DNA of 63,442 nucleotides, filler included, from Choristocarpus tenellus KU-1152 (GCA_964200185.2; 3 parts of 3 records of this genome joined end to end with filler, not necessarily neighbours in it), one strand, 5' to 3'. Numbered from the whole stretch's first letter, positions 1 through 12,482 are shown. Program-made: numbers and translations. Notes: generated by a model from the letters alone, not told the origin.

Positions 1-938
1 CAGCCACCTGGGGCCAAGGGAGGAGGGGGGCAAGTGCGTGGCCCTGAGGGAAAAAATAGCGGGGGGGGGGGGGGGTGCCGGCGTCCGTTTTTGACCCTCA
101 ACACAACCCCTGGTGCCAGTATTCCAGATCCCTCCCGTGGAGTTCAAACTAACTGCCAGCAGATCCCTAGGGAGAGAGGACAACCTATCGAACAGGTGCC
201 CGGTGACTGGTTACAGGAGACAGGATGTAGACACAAGACATGCCCGCACCTGCCCTGGGGCAGGAGGACAGGTTCACCAAAACATGCTGATGGTGAAGTG
301 TCTGGGGCAACCTTGCAAAGGAATGGGCATCCTTTGCACTATGGAGGATAGCTGCCAATTTACTGTAGACAGAAATTTCCGCACGGATCTGGTCTTCCAT
401 GCTGGTACACTCGTATATGCCGGATCAGCTCCCTACAGAGACAAAGGCCTCCTCCTGGACATTACGTTTGCTGAAGTGCAGGAGGCATCTCATCTGCCAC
501 ACTCATCCACCGGCAGTGGTGTAGCTGCTGCTGCAGCTGAGGTGCGAAAGTGCACCCATTACAAGGTCTCTATTGATCCTCGTAGTTGCAACCTCAACAT
601 CTTCGCGGTGGAAAGTTTTGGGTGCCTCGGTAAGCAAGCGGAAAGTTTCCTGGATAGCTAGCTATCCACACGGTAGGGGGGAGATGAACTGGTGGCTACA
701 GCAGGAAAGGTGTAGTCAAGAACCGCCTATGACAAATAATCTCTATCATAACGCAGGTGACCCTGTCTAGATGTGTCATGTGTTTTGAGCTGGAGACACC
801 AGGGAGATGGGCAAGGAGGGGTTTGTTAGATTATTGGGATACTTCCTTAGCTCCTCACCCTGGGGTGCAGGAATAAGCTAGGTTGGAAGCACAGGAGGGC
901 ACCAGTGTAGCATAGCTGGTAGTAAAATAGTAAATAGA
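1..938 (+). mobile_element. Decayed 3' end of a non-LTR retrotransposon with restriction-like endonuclease (CRE/R2-type)
   Basis: ORF 113..661 shows a CCHC-like knuckle (C...HARTCPGAGGQVH) followed by RLE motifs: RTDLV, LLLDIT, AAAAAEVRKCTHY, FAVESFGCLGKQAESFLD. A stop and frameshifts follow. Ends at GTAGTAAAATAGTAAATAGA, the same terminus as the copy at 12483-12822. Confidence 0.75.
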
Positions 939-2899
939 TGTGTAACCCTTTTTGTTGCGGAGGAAGAGGGTTTTCAACAAAGTATTTTTTTCTCGTTACA
1001 TCATTTATTTTTCACCAAATTGAGACATATCTGTTAGTCGAAAGGATGGCCTTGTTATTCCAACTTACACAACTAGATGTTGGAAATGAAAAATCTTGTC
1101 CTCGCAAGACAACACATACCGTTGTTGATACATACTGTGTACAACCAAACCTTTTTATTAGAAGTCACTGGATGGACCCAGTGTAACCTTGATTTATATA
1201 CTTTTCCCATTGTAGCTGGCAGTGTGTGATGACGCTAGTGATGGCTTATCCCACGCATTGGGTGTTAGTGTGTCACACCTGAATTTCTCCCCGTTGCCCT
1301 TTGTAGCTAACGTACACGGTGTACTTCTCATTTTTTATTTCCTTTTTTTTTGTATATTATTTCTTCCTCTATAGCAATAGTAACTGTATTTTCTCAAGCA
1401 GAGTATATACTGCTTTCTCCTGACTACCTTTGTTACTAGCAGTGGTCCTTTTTGACTGTCAGGCCAGGTGTGGTAGCATGGGTGTATTGGACACATACGG
1501 GCTTCTGATCTACATCTCATTCAGTCCCTTCTTGATGATCATTGTCAGTCTTAGTTGTACCAAGACTGACAGCCAGTGACATAAGACTGGCTACTCATCA
1601 AAGCATCATCTTTCGCCTACATTCTTGACCATAGAGACCACACATAATCCCTACTTAGGTCAGTTAATTTGGCACTGAAAAAAGGATCTTAACGGCATGA
1701 AATGAGAACATTGTATACAGCAGCACAGTAGTCCAGCTACCTATGCCAGGTTTCTACGGTCTATGACACTCTCCCCCCCCCCTCTCAATTCCTCAGCAAA
1801 CATTGTGAAAATGATTAATAATGGGCTACAAGAGGTAAGTAACACTTGGTAGTGTGCTTAGAGCATCACTACTGGTACTGGTTTGCTCATATATGAAGTA
1901 TAGAGTACACATTGGAGGCCTTATCTTTGCCTATGTACCACATACTAGAGTTCGGAATAAAAATGTAACTGTAAAAGAGTAAAGCACTCGGTATGTTGTA
2001 ACAGGCGTAGCACATATCTATAGCCTCATTAAGACATAATACACGTACATGAGGCAACAACAGGAGAATCACAGTCAATATGCCAGAGGCAATCCACACC
2101 CAAGGACCGGTTTCCAAGCAAAAAGAACAATGCCCATGTGCCTCGCCCAATTTATTTTATGATACTTTTCTACAATTCTGGTTGACATTTAAAAAACACA
2201 GGAAAGATGTACACCATAGAGGACATACTATACTGCTGCAATACTCTTTAGCAAACATGCCAGAGTCAAAGTAAATGATAGGTACCCAGGGTTGCAGTAT
2301 AAGGATGCTGACAGATGCGCAAAATTCGTTTTTTATTTGTATAAACATACGTAAGGACTTTTCTGAATTCTGTGCAAAATTTTCGAACTATGGAGAAATC
2401 AAAGCTCTCAAGTAAATTTTAATACTTTCAGATACGAGGGTGAATTTCAAAAAGATGAAAAAAAAAAACGGCTTAAAATAAAAAATAACAAAAACCTAGG
2501 TACCTCTCTTGTTTGCTTCGACTCTCAGGCAAAGGCACATAGGAAGGTTTGTCTGGCGTTAATCCAACATCAAGGGTCATACCCTGTATTAGAGGCCAAT
2601 ACGGGCCAGTCAAGAAGGTTCGGATAAGGTGATGATAAGTGGGATTTCAAAGCCTTGACCTTGAGCAGAGCTCTACAGCATGGCCCCCAAATATTGGCAA
2701 GTGCGTGGTTTGTATGCAACAAAAACGAAATGTATCTGTTCCAATCATAGCATAAGTGACTCACCCTTACCTTAGTTTTCAAATTTGACCCCTGTAGTCA
2801 CTCTTCTTACTCCCCCCACATGATTGATACCGCAGATGGACATACAAGAGGACCCTAATTGTTCTACTGTGTCTATATTAAAAGTACAATTCTAAGGGA

Positions 2900-3450
2900 A
2901 ATACTTGAATCCCTTCCACCCCCTGGTTGAAAGCTGTTACGGCCCTGGTGCTGCGCCATGGTAGTCACAAAAAACCTGTAGATTTAAGACTCTTCCGGCA
3001 CCTGTGGCCAACATTGAGCGGCACTTCAAAACATTCCCAGTCACTGCAAAAGCATCATACAAATTAATGGGTCAAGACTACACATTTATGCAGGCCTCAG
3101 AAGGTTCTATACATATATCCCTCTGCGATCCATTCTTAAATTAGATAACTAAATGCCTGGGGTAAGTTCACAACAAGTGGCAGGAGAGGTATCAGCAGCA
3201 CTAGACGCTTAACAGGGCCACTGTGCCTGTAGTGTTCCTCCAAGATATTGTTTGGCATGATGTTCTACCAGAGTAGTGACGACACTGTTCAGTGCACAAG
3301 CAGTGCAATCGCTATGATTTCCAGGAACAACACATGATTTGAGGTTGTCATCACACTGCAGATGAGACCATCCTTGAAGCATACAGCCCGCCCCGTCAAA
3401 GGTCAAAAAGTAGGTGTCACAGGCAGGGGACATTTTTTAAAATCTCTGTA
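2900..3450 (-). mobile_element. Possible hAT-like transposase relic
   Basis: ORF 3209..3433 contains LTFDGAGCM ... HSDCTACALNSVV, resembling the hAT 'TD(G/N)A.(N)M ... H..C.AH.LNL.V' motifs. Heavily decayed; boundaries approximate. Confidence 0.3.
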
Positions 3451-3812
3451 TCACTTACAGCCATTCTCACACTGCGAGAGTTCTGTTCTATATACTTCCA
3501 CCAGAAAATCTATTACGACCCAGTAGAACAGATCCCTTTCCTTCCCTATTTCAAGGAAGAAACTTCAGCTACCAGCACTAGGATGATAAAAGTAACAGCC
3601 ACAAGATGCAAGGCAGGACAGGCATGCCTTGAGTACACACCTCAGCTTGAAACTTGAACAGTAATACAGCTATACAGCTGCCTCACTGTCGTTATCAACT
3701 GTCAACCATGATGCATCCCTTCTTTCACAATCCATTCTCCTTGCCAAATCTCAATCTCACCCCCTCCGTTACCCTACACCAACAAGGGTCAGTCCTGCCA
3801 AGGCACAACAAT

Positions 3813-6730
3813 CTAATGCACCTGGTTTTCCAGGCTCTCTGCTACACTGGTAATACACGCGATAATTACGGTACCACCTGTGACGACAGAAAACAAACAT
3901 TTACAGGGTGAGAGGGGGGTGGGGATGGGAGATGGGACCCAGTCAGGGCCAGTGGGAATAATGTGAAGATCCATTCAGGTGAGGTGCCAACAGGAATTCA
4001 AGGCTGGAACGCTCTCAACAGGCGATAGAGCTCCGGACAATACAGCACACAACTCACTCATCAAGGCACCGAACTTTTTCCACTTGTTGTGGGGGCTGTC
4101 AAACTCTTCCGCAATGACCTCTGTTGCACCCACGTAAATGAACGTCCCAGCTGCAATGGCCACAAGGACCGCATCGGCCATTTGCCCTGCAAACTGTGAC
4201 ATGGCTATACCAATACCCAAGCCTGCAGGAGCAGTCATTGAAGTCATGGGTGAGTGTGTGGGAGGGAAGCATGGGTGGGACTGGTTCAATCTTTGAAATG
4301 TGGAAGTAACAACAATGGCGCAACTGCATGGAAGTTGTGGAAAGAAAAAACAAAAACCAGTGCCACACAAGAAACAGAGTGCGGTTGACCATGGCGGCTT
4401 TGTACCTCTTCACTGGCATGTGTGTTGAGATGTAAAGTACAAGTAGACATGGATAGGAAAAGGAGCTCACCGATTGGTCCCACACAGCTGAATATAGACA
4501 GCATTTTGATCACTTGCCGCTCCGAGAGACCTGACTTGAGGAATGACACCAGCAGCGCAAGCGACTCGGCTGGCTGTTGAACAACCGGGGGAGAGGAAGA
4601 AGCAAACTTGAAGAACAACTTTCGACATAATATTGTTCATGTTGGATACTTGGGGTGCCTATATATAATATCTAGAGGACATTGTTAGCTTCAAGAGCGA
4701 GTAGAAAATGCTCCGCAACTATTGCAGACTAAGCTGTTCTAAATATAATAAGGAAAAGGCCTTACACAAGGGGGCCAGTCCACCATTTGAGTAGGATGTG
4801 TCATGTTCGCATTGACACTAACAAAAAAAAGACACAGATTGGGTCATTCTTGTGGAGCTTATTCAATGCCAGCAAATACCACAATACCAACACCTCAAAC
4901 ATAGACAACTACTTTGTAACTTGCTGTGTTTGAAAATAAGGCACTCACGGGTTGCCCCTGTACCATATGGGCTTCTTACCACATTTTTTAGTCATAATTC
5001 ATGCTTTCTTCTGTGTTACTCTTACCACTCGTGACCCCTTCAGCCCAGCACATCCCTAGCATCTGATTGGATACGACCCCACCCTATGCGTTATTCCACC
5101 AGTTCTGCAGTTGGGAAGACAACCTACAACAAAAAAATAAGTGACTGCTCCAATCATTATACCACACACACACACAAAACATGCAGCACCTTAACACACC
5201 TGATGCAGACCAATGCTCATGGCAAGTAGGCTAGCATTGAGCTTGCTCGAACTGATCCCCAGGGCCATCGTCTCCATAAGAGCATGCACGCCAAGTGCGA
5301 GCAGCAGGATTGAGGCTGAGCGCCCACTTGGGGGCCCATTTCCTATGTCAGCCCCCCCATGAGCCCCATCCCCACTGTGGCCCACTTCCCCCTCTTGCAA
5401 AATGTGTTGGGTATCAAATGCCACCTTCTCTACAAAGAATATTAGCATGTAACCTGACAGTGTAAGGAAGTAGGGTAGACTCTCAGGATACCCCAGTCCC
5501 TCAAAGCTGCTCTGGGAATGTGGCAGCATGTGACCTGGTCAAGGACAAAGAACAATGGGGCGGATATCTGTTTGTTGTCCTTGGTATATGATGGTTCACC
5601 ATCTGTTGGAAAATGACATATTGCAGTAGTCTTTAGCTTGACACCATGTGGTATCCATTGTGAGAAAATGAAGTACGCTCTCACACATTTGCTGACTCTG
5701 TAGTCCTTTCTAATCAGCCCACATACATTCGCAATCTGTTACAATAGCCGTGTAGATTTGATGTGCTATCAATGAAAGATACAGCTTTCACATTATCTTC
5801 AAAGTATGTTGAAGTGTTACAAAGTTCTGGCAATATTTAATCGAAGGGGATAACAACGATTTCTATTTGAAGAGGATGGGAGGGTAGATCGGTAAATTAA
5901 TGGGGGTATGCGCCACCGACCAGGCGCTCAAACAAAGAATACTACCAATCTCAATTCATGTCCGCACTGACCTACCTGGCACAGTACGATCAAAGGGATT
6001 ACTGGGGAGAAGCAACAGGTGAGAGGTTGTGTCACATGTTGAGGATGTGCCTGTGACCCCACTGATAGTCTGGTTTGATCACCATATCGCCAATGTTACA
6101 CACTATATTCTCCAAAAAGATCTCGATGTATTGATAACTACGCTTACCAAAAGCGAGAGAGAGAAAAACTCCCCCACTGAAGGAGTTTGCCAGGCTGATG
6201 GCTGACTTGGACTCCACAAACTTCCGTATCTTCATGGGCACAAACCAACAGACCACATTGAGGGAAGTGAGGCACACCTGGAGAAGAATCTTGATAACAT
6301 TTAACGGAATAGTGGGATCTTCCCCCGAACCCGTCCCTGGCAGTCGGTATGAATAGGAATGGATAAAAACGACGCGGGGGGGACGGCAATGGTGTGGCTC
6401 AAATGGTATGCAGTTGTATGGAGCTTGGTTGGTCCTCAACCAGGAACTGTGAACAAACAGAGTCAGTCAGACAGAGGGGATGGAGAAAGAAATAGAAACG
6501 TACTTACCGCCTCCCCTAACGGTTGACGTAACAGCTTGGCACGTGAATGGCAAGTCGCCCTCCTTACAGGTCCCAGTTTCTGTCACCGTGGACATCCCCC
6601 CTCCCCTCTCCATTTTCCCACCCTGCACTCCTTTCGCGCCTTGAACATTAGAGGAAGCACCATGTACACGAAATGCTTCGGCAGAGGCCACCAGCCACAG
6701 CACGAGGAATGCACGTAAGAAGGAACCCAT
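3813..6730 (-). CDS. ZIP-family (SLC39/ZupT-type) metal transporter with bipartite plastid-targeting presequence, ~359 aa
   Basis: Exons 6730-6508, 6336-6148, 5534-5200, 4573-4471, 4222-4058, 3877-3813, all GT..AG and frame-consistent. ZIP motifs: ANSFSGGVFLSLAFGHMLPH, LALGVHALMETMALG (TM4), GLHQPAESLAL (TM5), AIAAGTFIYVGATEVIAEEF. N-terminus MGSFLRAFLVLWLVASAEA|FRV is a signal peptide followed by F. Confidence 0.92.
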
Positions 6731-6856
6731 TGACGTGATAATTCTTTGAGACTTCTGTGATAGTTTTCACAACTCTCAATAGACGCGACGACGCCTCCGC
6801 AATGTTTGGAATTAGTGATGTTTGCCGAACTTTGTGAACATCTCACAAAGAGGAAC
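6731..6856. promoter_or_regulatory. Putative bidirectional promoter/5'UTRs between two ZIP genes, with two TGTGA..TCACA palindromes
   Basis: 126 bp between divergent ATGs. TGTGA-tagttt-TCACA at 6756-6771 (extended by TTGAGA 6746-6751 / TCTCAA 6774-6779) and CTTTGTGA-acatc-TCACAAAG at 6830-6850. Confidence 0.6.
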
Positions 6857-8159
6857 ATGGACTCGTCCCTGCTGACTCATCTTCCCCAATTACAAGATGC
6901 ATGGGCAAACGCTATGGCGGCTACCACCCTGATCAGCGTGGTGCCGACATTAGTGCTTCCGTTTATCCCCAGCTCACTCAGGCGTGGGGTACAAACCGCC
7001 CTACTCTCGTTCGCAGTTGGAGGACTGCTAGGTGATGTCTTCTTGCACTTGCTTCCCCACCTCATGACAGGTAAAATCCCCAGGGATATTTATGGGATCA
7101 TTCAAGAAAGGCAGCACCCACTTCGATAATGCAACCTATTGCAATGTTTATATCTTCAGTTTTGTGCTGATCTTGTTTCCCACCCCAACAAGACCAGGTT
7201 CCCATCACAACCATAGGGACCACAACCATGTCCATCACGACGAATGCAACAAATCTAGAGTCTGCAGTGGTGAAGGCCATAGTAAGGGAGAAGGCGAGGG
7301 GGTTTGTGTTGCTGGTGTGAATAATGCGCACAAGGGACATGGGCATGGTGTGTACGATGGACATGGACATGAAAATCTGTCTGAACTTTACCTCCCCCTC
7401 CTAGTTATTACAGGATTTTTGCTGTTCTTTGCTTTCGAGCGTGCGATACGGAGTTATGCTGGAACTTCACACAGCCACACAACCACGGGGATAAAGGATG
7501 ACAGAGGAGGATATGTTGCCACCACGGAGAAGGGTGGGAAGACTTCAAGCAAAGTTAGAGGGCTTAAAATAAGTGGTATTCTTAACCTCGCCGCAGATTC
7601 ACTACATAATTTCACGGACGGCATTGCCATTGGAGCGGCATTTGCATCAGGGGCGAACCTTGGCTATGGCACAGCACTCGCAACACTTCTTCATGAGCTT
7701 CCTCATGAGATCGGAGACTACACCGTGTTGGTGCAGAGTGGCATGAGGTGAGGGTATGGTCATGTTGACCTCAGATATTATTGGAAGATTACAATATCCA
7801 TCTCCGCTTTTGTGGGGTAATTTGTAGGATACTGACTCGAACCATTGTTATAATATCCTCTGTGTAACTTCTGTGTACCGGTTGACTGACACAACAGCAA
7901 AGGGCAAGCGATTATGGCACAATTTGGAACAGCAATAGCAGCCTTTGCAGGGTGCTTATTTGGCTTGCTGGCAACAGGATATGGAGGAATGGAAACGGTA
8001 CTGCTGGCACTGACAGCAGGGGGGTTCATTTATGTTGCTTGTGTTACTCTAATGCCAGAGATTGTCGACAACCAGGCAGGATTAGGACAAACACTTGTCG
8101 ATATTGTAGCTATGTGTACTGGGGTGACACTTATGGTAGGGGTGGCTCTCCTGGAGTAG
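6857..8159 (+). CDS. LIV-1 subfamily ZIP zinc transporter (ZIP7/KE4/ZIP13-like), ~341 aa
   Basis: Exons 6857-7070, 7198-7747, 7898-8159. Motifs LLSFAVGGLLGDVFLHLLPH, His-rich loop, LNLAADSLHNFTDGIAIG, LIV-1 signature HELPHEIGD, TAGGFIYVA. An alternative in-frame ATG lies at 6818. Confidence 0.93.
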
Positions 8160-8579
8160 TGCTACGTATTTCATGATAGTATCATCAACCCTTTTGGATT
8201 AGCTCGACAGCTCCATTAGCTCAAGACATACCACTTCCACTACAGTAGTCAAGCTCAACGCATTATGCATGTGGACCTAACATGTTAGAATTGCATGAAG
8301 GATCCCCTGAAGGCATGACATATATAGTGTTAAAGGGATATTGACCACCTACATAGCTTCCCTTCTCCTTTGTCAATGAAGAATGAAGCAATGAGAGTGG
8401 AGGGACAAAAATCATATTCATCTGCCCCCAGCCTCTCTAATTGTACGTATCTAATCCTTAAGGCTAACTATCAATCAACTAAAATTAGCAGTCAATGTCT
8501 ATGCACCCTTGAACAAAATTTTATGTAGGGCAAAATATAGGACATGAGCTACTAAACAGCCCCCTTGGTAGCGTAAGCC

Positions 8580-10694
8580 TCAACCTCCTGACCCTTGAAT
8601 CCCCAGAGCTCTGGGAACTTCCATCAACTCACTGACTTGAACATGCTTGACTGCCCTTTGAAACTCATTTACCTTCTTTGTGCTTACAAGTACAGCTTCC
8701 CATCCAGCTGCTGATGCACCCATGATGTCACGGCTAAAAGTGTCTCCGATGTGCACCCCAGTGATACCATTCCCTGACACCACCCCAGCCAGTCGTAAGG
8801 CTTCCTCAAAAATGAGAGGGTTTGGTTTCTCCATACCACATTCACGACTTGTGAGTACAAAATCAAACATGTCATAGACTCCAAGGCTCCTCAGCAGGGG
8901 GTGTAGACGCTCATCAAAGTTGGACACCTGCTTGCACCAAAGGGCATGCGTTAGGGAAGTCAGATCATACGAACAGTAAGATAATTCCAAGTTTTCCAGG
9001 CGTTTGCATGTCTAGTTGTAGGTCAGACTTAAAAGATCTGAAAATGCTGACAACTTGGTTCCAAAATAGTTCAGCGCTGACCACGACTGCATGTTACGGT
9101 GTATGCATATATTTGAGATGGGATATAAACTTTATCACCCCCAACTTGTCTATACATGTCTCTAAATCCTCTTATGTGCCATGCGTGTTAAGGGATTCAA
9201 AGCTCAATCAGCTTTGTGCTCTGAATTAAAAAAATAATCTGAGCAAAACATCTGAATTACCTCAACACAAGGAAGATGGAGCAAATGTCAAGGAGGAACA
9301 ATGGTGAGGTGTCTGTGTTACTTCAAACCCTTTGGTTTGGAGAGAAGTCAATCTTGTAGTGAATCATGTCGTAACTGAACCAAAAATTTTTGGTTGTAAT
9401 ACAACAAGGGTTCAGTGAGGTACGTAATTGTAGTTGCTTTCCCCACAATCCATGGTTTTGATGCAGGCCAAGGGCCCCCAGGACACGCACTATTTATGAC
9501 CCATGTTACTAGGAGTCACACAGGTAGTTAGATCTTCTATGTAAGTGGAGCAGTGCTGACCCTGCTGTTTGAAACAGTTTGTGAGCAAACAATGAGGCCA
9601 TGGTCTGTGGTAAAATGCCCATGCCGGCGCAAGTACCACTCAACCCATTTCAATGGAAATACAACCCATGCGAATTGAGTTGAACCTCCCGGACCTTTCC
9701 AAATCAACTTTCACCTCAAGTCCCAAATAAAATCTTTATATCAACAATTCCAAAATCCATATTCTTCCCTGTATACCCGAACAGACAGCCCAAATGAATC
9801 TCGTACTCCAGGGAGCATCATCTAAAACAACAAATCCAAGATAAGTTGTCAAGGACACATCCAACTGCTCACCACACCAAGTGTATCAGGTCCAACGCCA
9901 CTATTGCACCAGTCTCGGAGCTTGTGCAGTACTTCTTGGGCGCCCTACATATTCCGGTGGAGGTTCAGGTCCTTAGAAGCAATAGCAAGTGATGTGTTAA
10001 GACTTCAGTGCGGATAAGTCAAATCCTCTATCATATACTGTAACGCCGGTTTCACACCGTCAGAGATGAACACTACTTTCCCCTTAAAACTCACCGGCAC
10101 CAGTTCCCACCCTCGTTCTCCCGCAAAGACGTCGTGATACAGCTCTTGGAACACACCATTGAAGACAGGGTCAATGATCGATATTTCCACACCTGCGCCT
10201 AGGAAAGCCTTCCTCACAACCTCTTCCCACCATTTCTCGGAGGACATTATTTTTGAACCAAAGCAGGGAAGATCCTGAGACCTCTGTTTTAGAGATGAAG
10301 CGAAAGAGGTCATCATGGCGTCTTCGGACACGCCAAGACCTAGCGCACCCATATCTACGCCAAGTCTACCCTCTAATGTCTCGAGGTAAATCCTGCGCAT
10401 ACGTTCGGATTTGGAATGTATCGAAGTCAAAGGTTTGGAAGATAGTTCTTCCTCAAGAGTCAGGCCCTTCGATGTGAAGCATAGCTGAATTCACCTCGGA
10501 ATGTGACCCTTAATCCTCATGATCGTGCCAGTCGCATCCAGAGTGCAAACTCTTGCACCCGCACCAGCCGTCATCGAGCACAGCGTTCTTCCAAGGGAGT
10601 AACCAGTTGGGAGCACTCCTGTATGCACGGCGTTCCTACCGAGAATACGGCATAATATATTATTTATTACAAACCCTGGAAACTTTGTCATCAT
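8580..10694 (-). CDS. HDHD3: HAD-superfamily hydrolase, HDHD3/REG-2-like, ~305 aa
   Basis: Exons 10694-10495, 10392-10095, 9944-9873, 8927-8580. HAD motif I LDATGT, motif II GVVSNFDERL, motif III EKPNPLIF, motif IV HIGDTFSRDIMGA. The N-terminal extension may be an organellar transit peptide. Confidence 0.85.
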
Positions 10695-11068
10695 CCCCTA
10701 CTTCCAATATCAAAGACTATTTCTTTGGATTGCCACAGGGACGAGATTGCGCTAACGCTTCATAGAGAGCGAAGTGGAAGAGCTTGCAACATGCAGTTTC
10801 TCTGGTATGAAGAAGGTAAGGTACGGCCGAGTGGAGAGGTTTGGGGGGAGGGATAAATTTGGAGGATGATGCTTGTCCTGATCACACACACACTAGTGAA
10901 TGTAGTTCAAGTTCTTGTAATATACCGTGATACATATACCGTATGATATACAAAACCTTGGTTGAGAACCATATTTTTGTTTTGCTCACGAATTCTGTAT
11001 TATTATTATTAGCTTATTCGCATTCCCCTATTCTCCATTCCTCTCCTTTCCTATGTATTCCTTCTTCT

Positions 11069-11352
11069 GACCAGCCCCTTCCTTGCGACCCCTTCGCTGC
11101 TGGTTTCCTATTTACTCCCCCATGAGGTGACCAACCAGTGCGACTCATTCGCCACTGATTTCCAGTCACCCCCCACCTCTGATGACCAACCAGTGCGAAC
11201 CCCCTTCATCACTGATTTCCAGCCATCCCTCACATTTCATGACCAACCAGTGCAAATGCCCTTCATCACTGATTTCCAGCCATCCCCCACATTTGATGAT
11301 CAACCAGTGCGAACCCCCTTCATCACTGATTTCCAGCCATCCCCCACATTTA
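11069..11352 (+). repeat. Tandem minisatellite, 57-bp unit, ~4 good copies plus one degenerate copy
   Basis: Unit approximately GACCAACCAGTGCGAACCCCCTTCATCACTGATTTCCAGCCATCCCCCACATTTGAT; translates as a repeated DQPVRTPFITDFQPSPTF. Confidence 0.9.
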
Positions 11353-11365
11353 ACAGTGGATTTTA

Positions 11366-11804
11366 AAAATTGAGGATGGAGCGGGGCTATGAGGATGGTT
11401 GTTCTGCGAAAACGGTCTTGAAAAAGTACCGAAAGGACCCAAAGTATCTGGGAGGGGGGGGGGGGTATACACGAGGGCGTGCATTTGGAACAAANNNNNN
11501 NNNNNNNNNNNNNNNNNNNNNNNNNNNNNNNNNNNNNNTTAATTAATTAANNNNNNNNNNNNNNNNNNNNNNNNNNNNNNNNNNNNNNNNNNNNCCAACG
11601 CAGGGCATACATGTACACGACAATCAAACAAAATCATTGCCGCCCCCCACACACTGTCCTACTACCACCTTCGGGATGGATTCCCATTCGTAGTGGGGCC
11701 CTCCAAAAGTGCCGCAACTTTTACAAAAAAAAAACATATGTGCACTTGCCGCGCACCATTCCAGGTCTCGCCCATCCTCCATAGTATGTTCCATCCTCAA
11801 TTTT
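11366..11804. repeat. Imperfect ~33-bp inverted repeat flanking an assembly gap
   Basis: AAAATTGAGGATGGAGCGGGGCTATGAGGATGG (11366-11398) versus the reverse complement of 11772-11804 (AAAATTGAGGATGGAACATACTATGGAGGATGG). Confidence 0.55.
11495..11594. other. Assembly gap (N-run with TTAATTAATTAA spacer)
   Basis: N padding around a 12-mer that gives stops in all six frames; identical structure at 40094-40192. Confidence 0.97.
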
Positions 11805-12039
11805 GGTGATCGGCCGTTATATGCTGTTTCAATGTAAGCTCTACCTATATACCCAGCCAGCAGATCTTGTCGCCAACCCTTACATACGCTAAGCTTTCAA
11901 AAATCTTCATTAAGCATCTTCAAGTTCTCTAGGTAAGAGAGAGCAGCTAGGAATGGCGTGGATGGAAAGTTGCCGCATCCAAAATACCTCAGAGGGTTAC
12001 CACACGAAACACCTATAACTCACGTCCGTCTACCAGCTA

Positions 12040-12480
12040 ACGTCTACCAAATAATGTTTTATATGGAAGACTCGTGCCTTCTTGGCAGCGGAGGGCAGCT
12101 GGGAAACAACTTTGGAGGACAGCATGGATGCGCTTTGTGTGAATGATGGCAACTTCGTCAATGATGAAGGAGACCCAGATACAGGCTTCATCAAGTCCAA
12201 ACAGGCTTATAACATGCTAAACAGGAGCACGGATGGGCTCAAGAAGAGGATTATTCTGCAAGGACATTTTCTTTCAAGGCCAGATGAGGAAATTGCGAGA
12301 CTTCCGAGACTTACATTAACTGTCAATAGAATGTCTATGGGATCAAACCCCTAGGTGATCTTCATCACAATGATCGACTGGGCTGGTCAGTTGACGGCAG
12401 TGGGGCATAAGATGTCTCAACCTACACTTCAAGTCACCTTCCTTAACTTTGAAGTATAAAGTAGGATTTCGAAGTAGTAT
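12040..12480 (+). mobile_element. Decayed Copia-type gag-like fragment
   Basis: KSKQAYNML...HFLSRPDEEIARL..L...MSMGSNP*VIFITMIDWAGQLTAVG...VTFL resembles the Copia gag pattern (RL...L...M..G.DP..F...M...A.QL...G....FL). Contains an in-frame stop. Confidence 0.45.
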
Positions 12481-12482
12481 AT

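Noticed and set aside
6756-6771. TGTGA-N6-TCACA as a bacterial CRP site implying contamination or HGT
   Set aside because: Flanking genes have spliceosomal introns, so the CRP consensus match is not evidence of bacterial origin. Kept only as a palindrome.
11069-11352. 57-bp array as a CRISPR or as a repeat protein gene
   Set aside because: No unique spacers, no cas genes, eukaryotic context; the ORFs lack ATG starts and splice context.
11539-11550. TTAATTAATTAA palindrome inside N-runs (also ~40138-40149)
   Set aside because: Artificial scaffolding spacer with stops in six frames; not biological.
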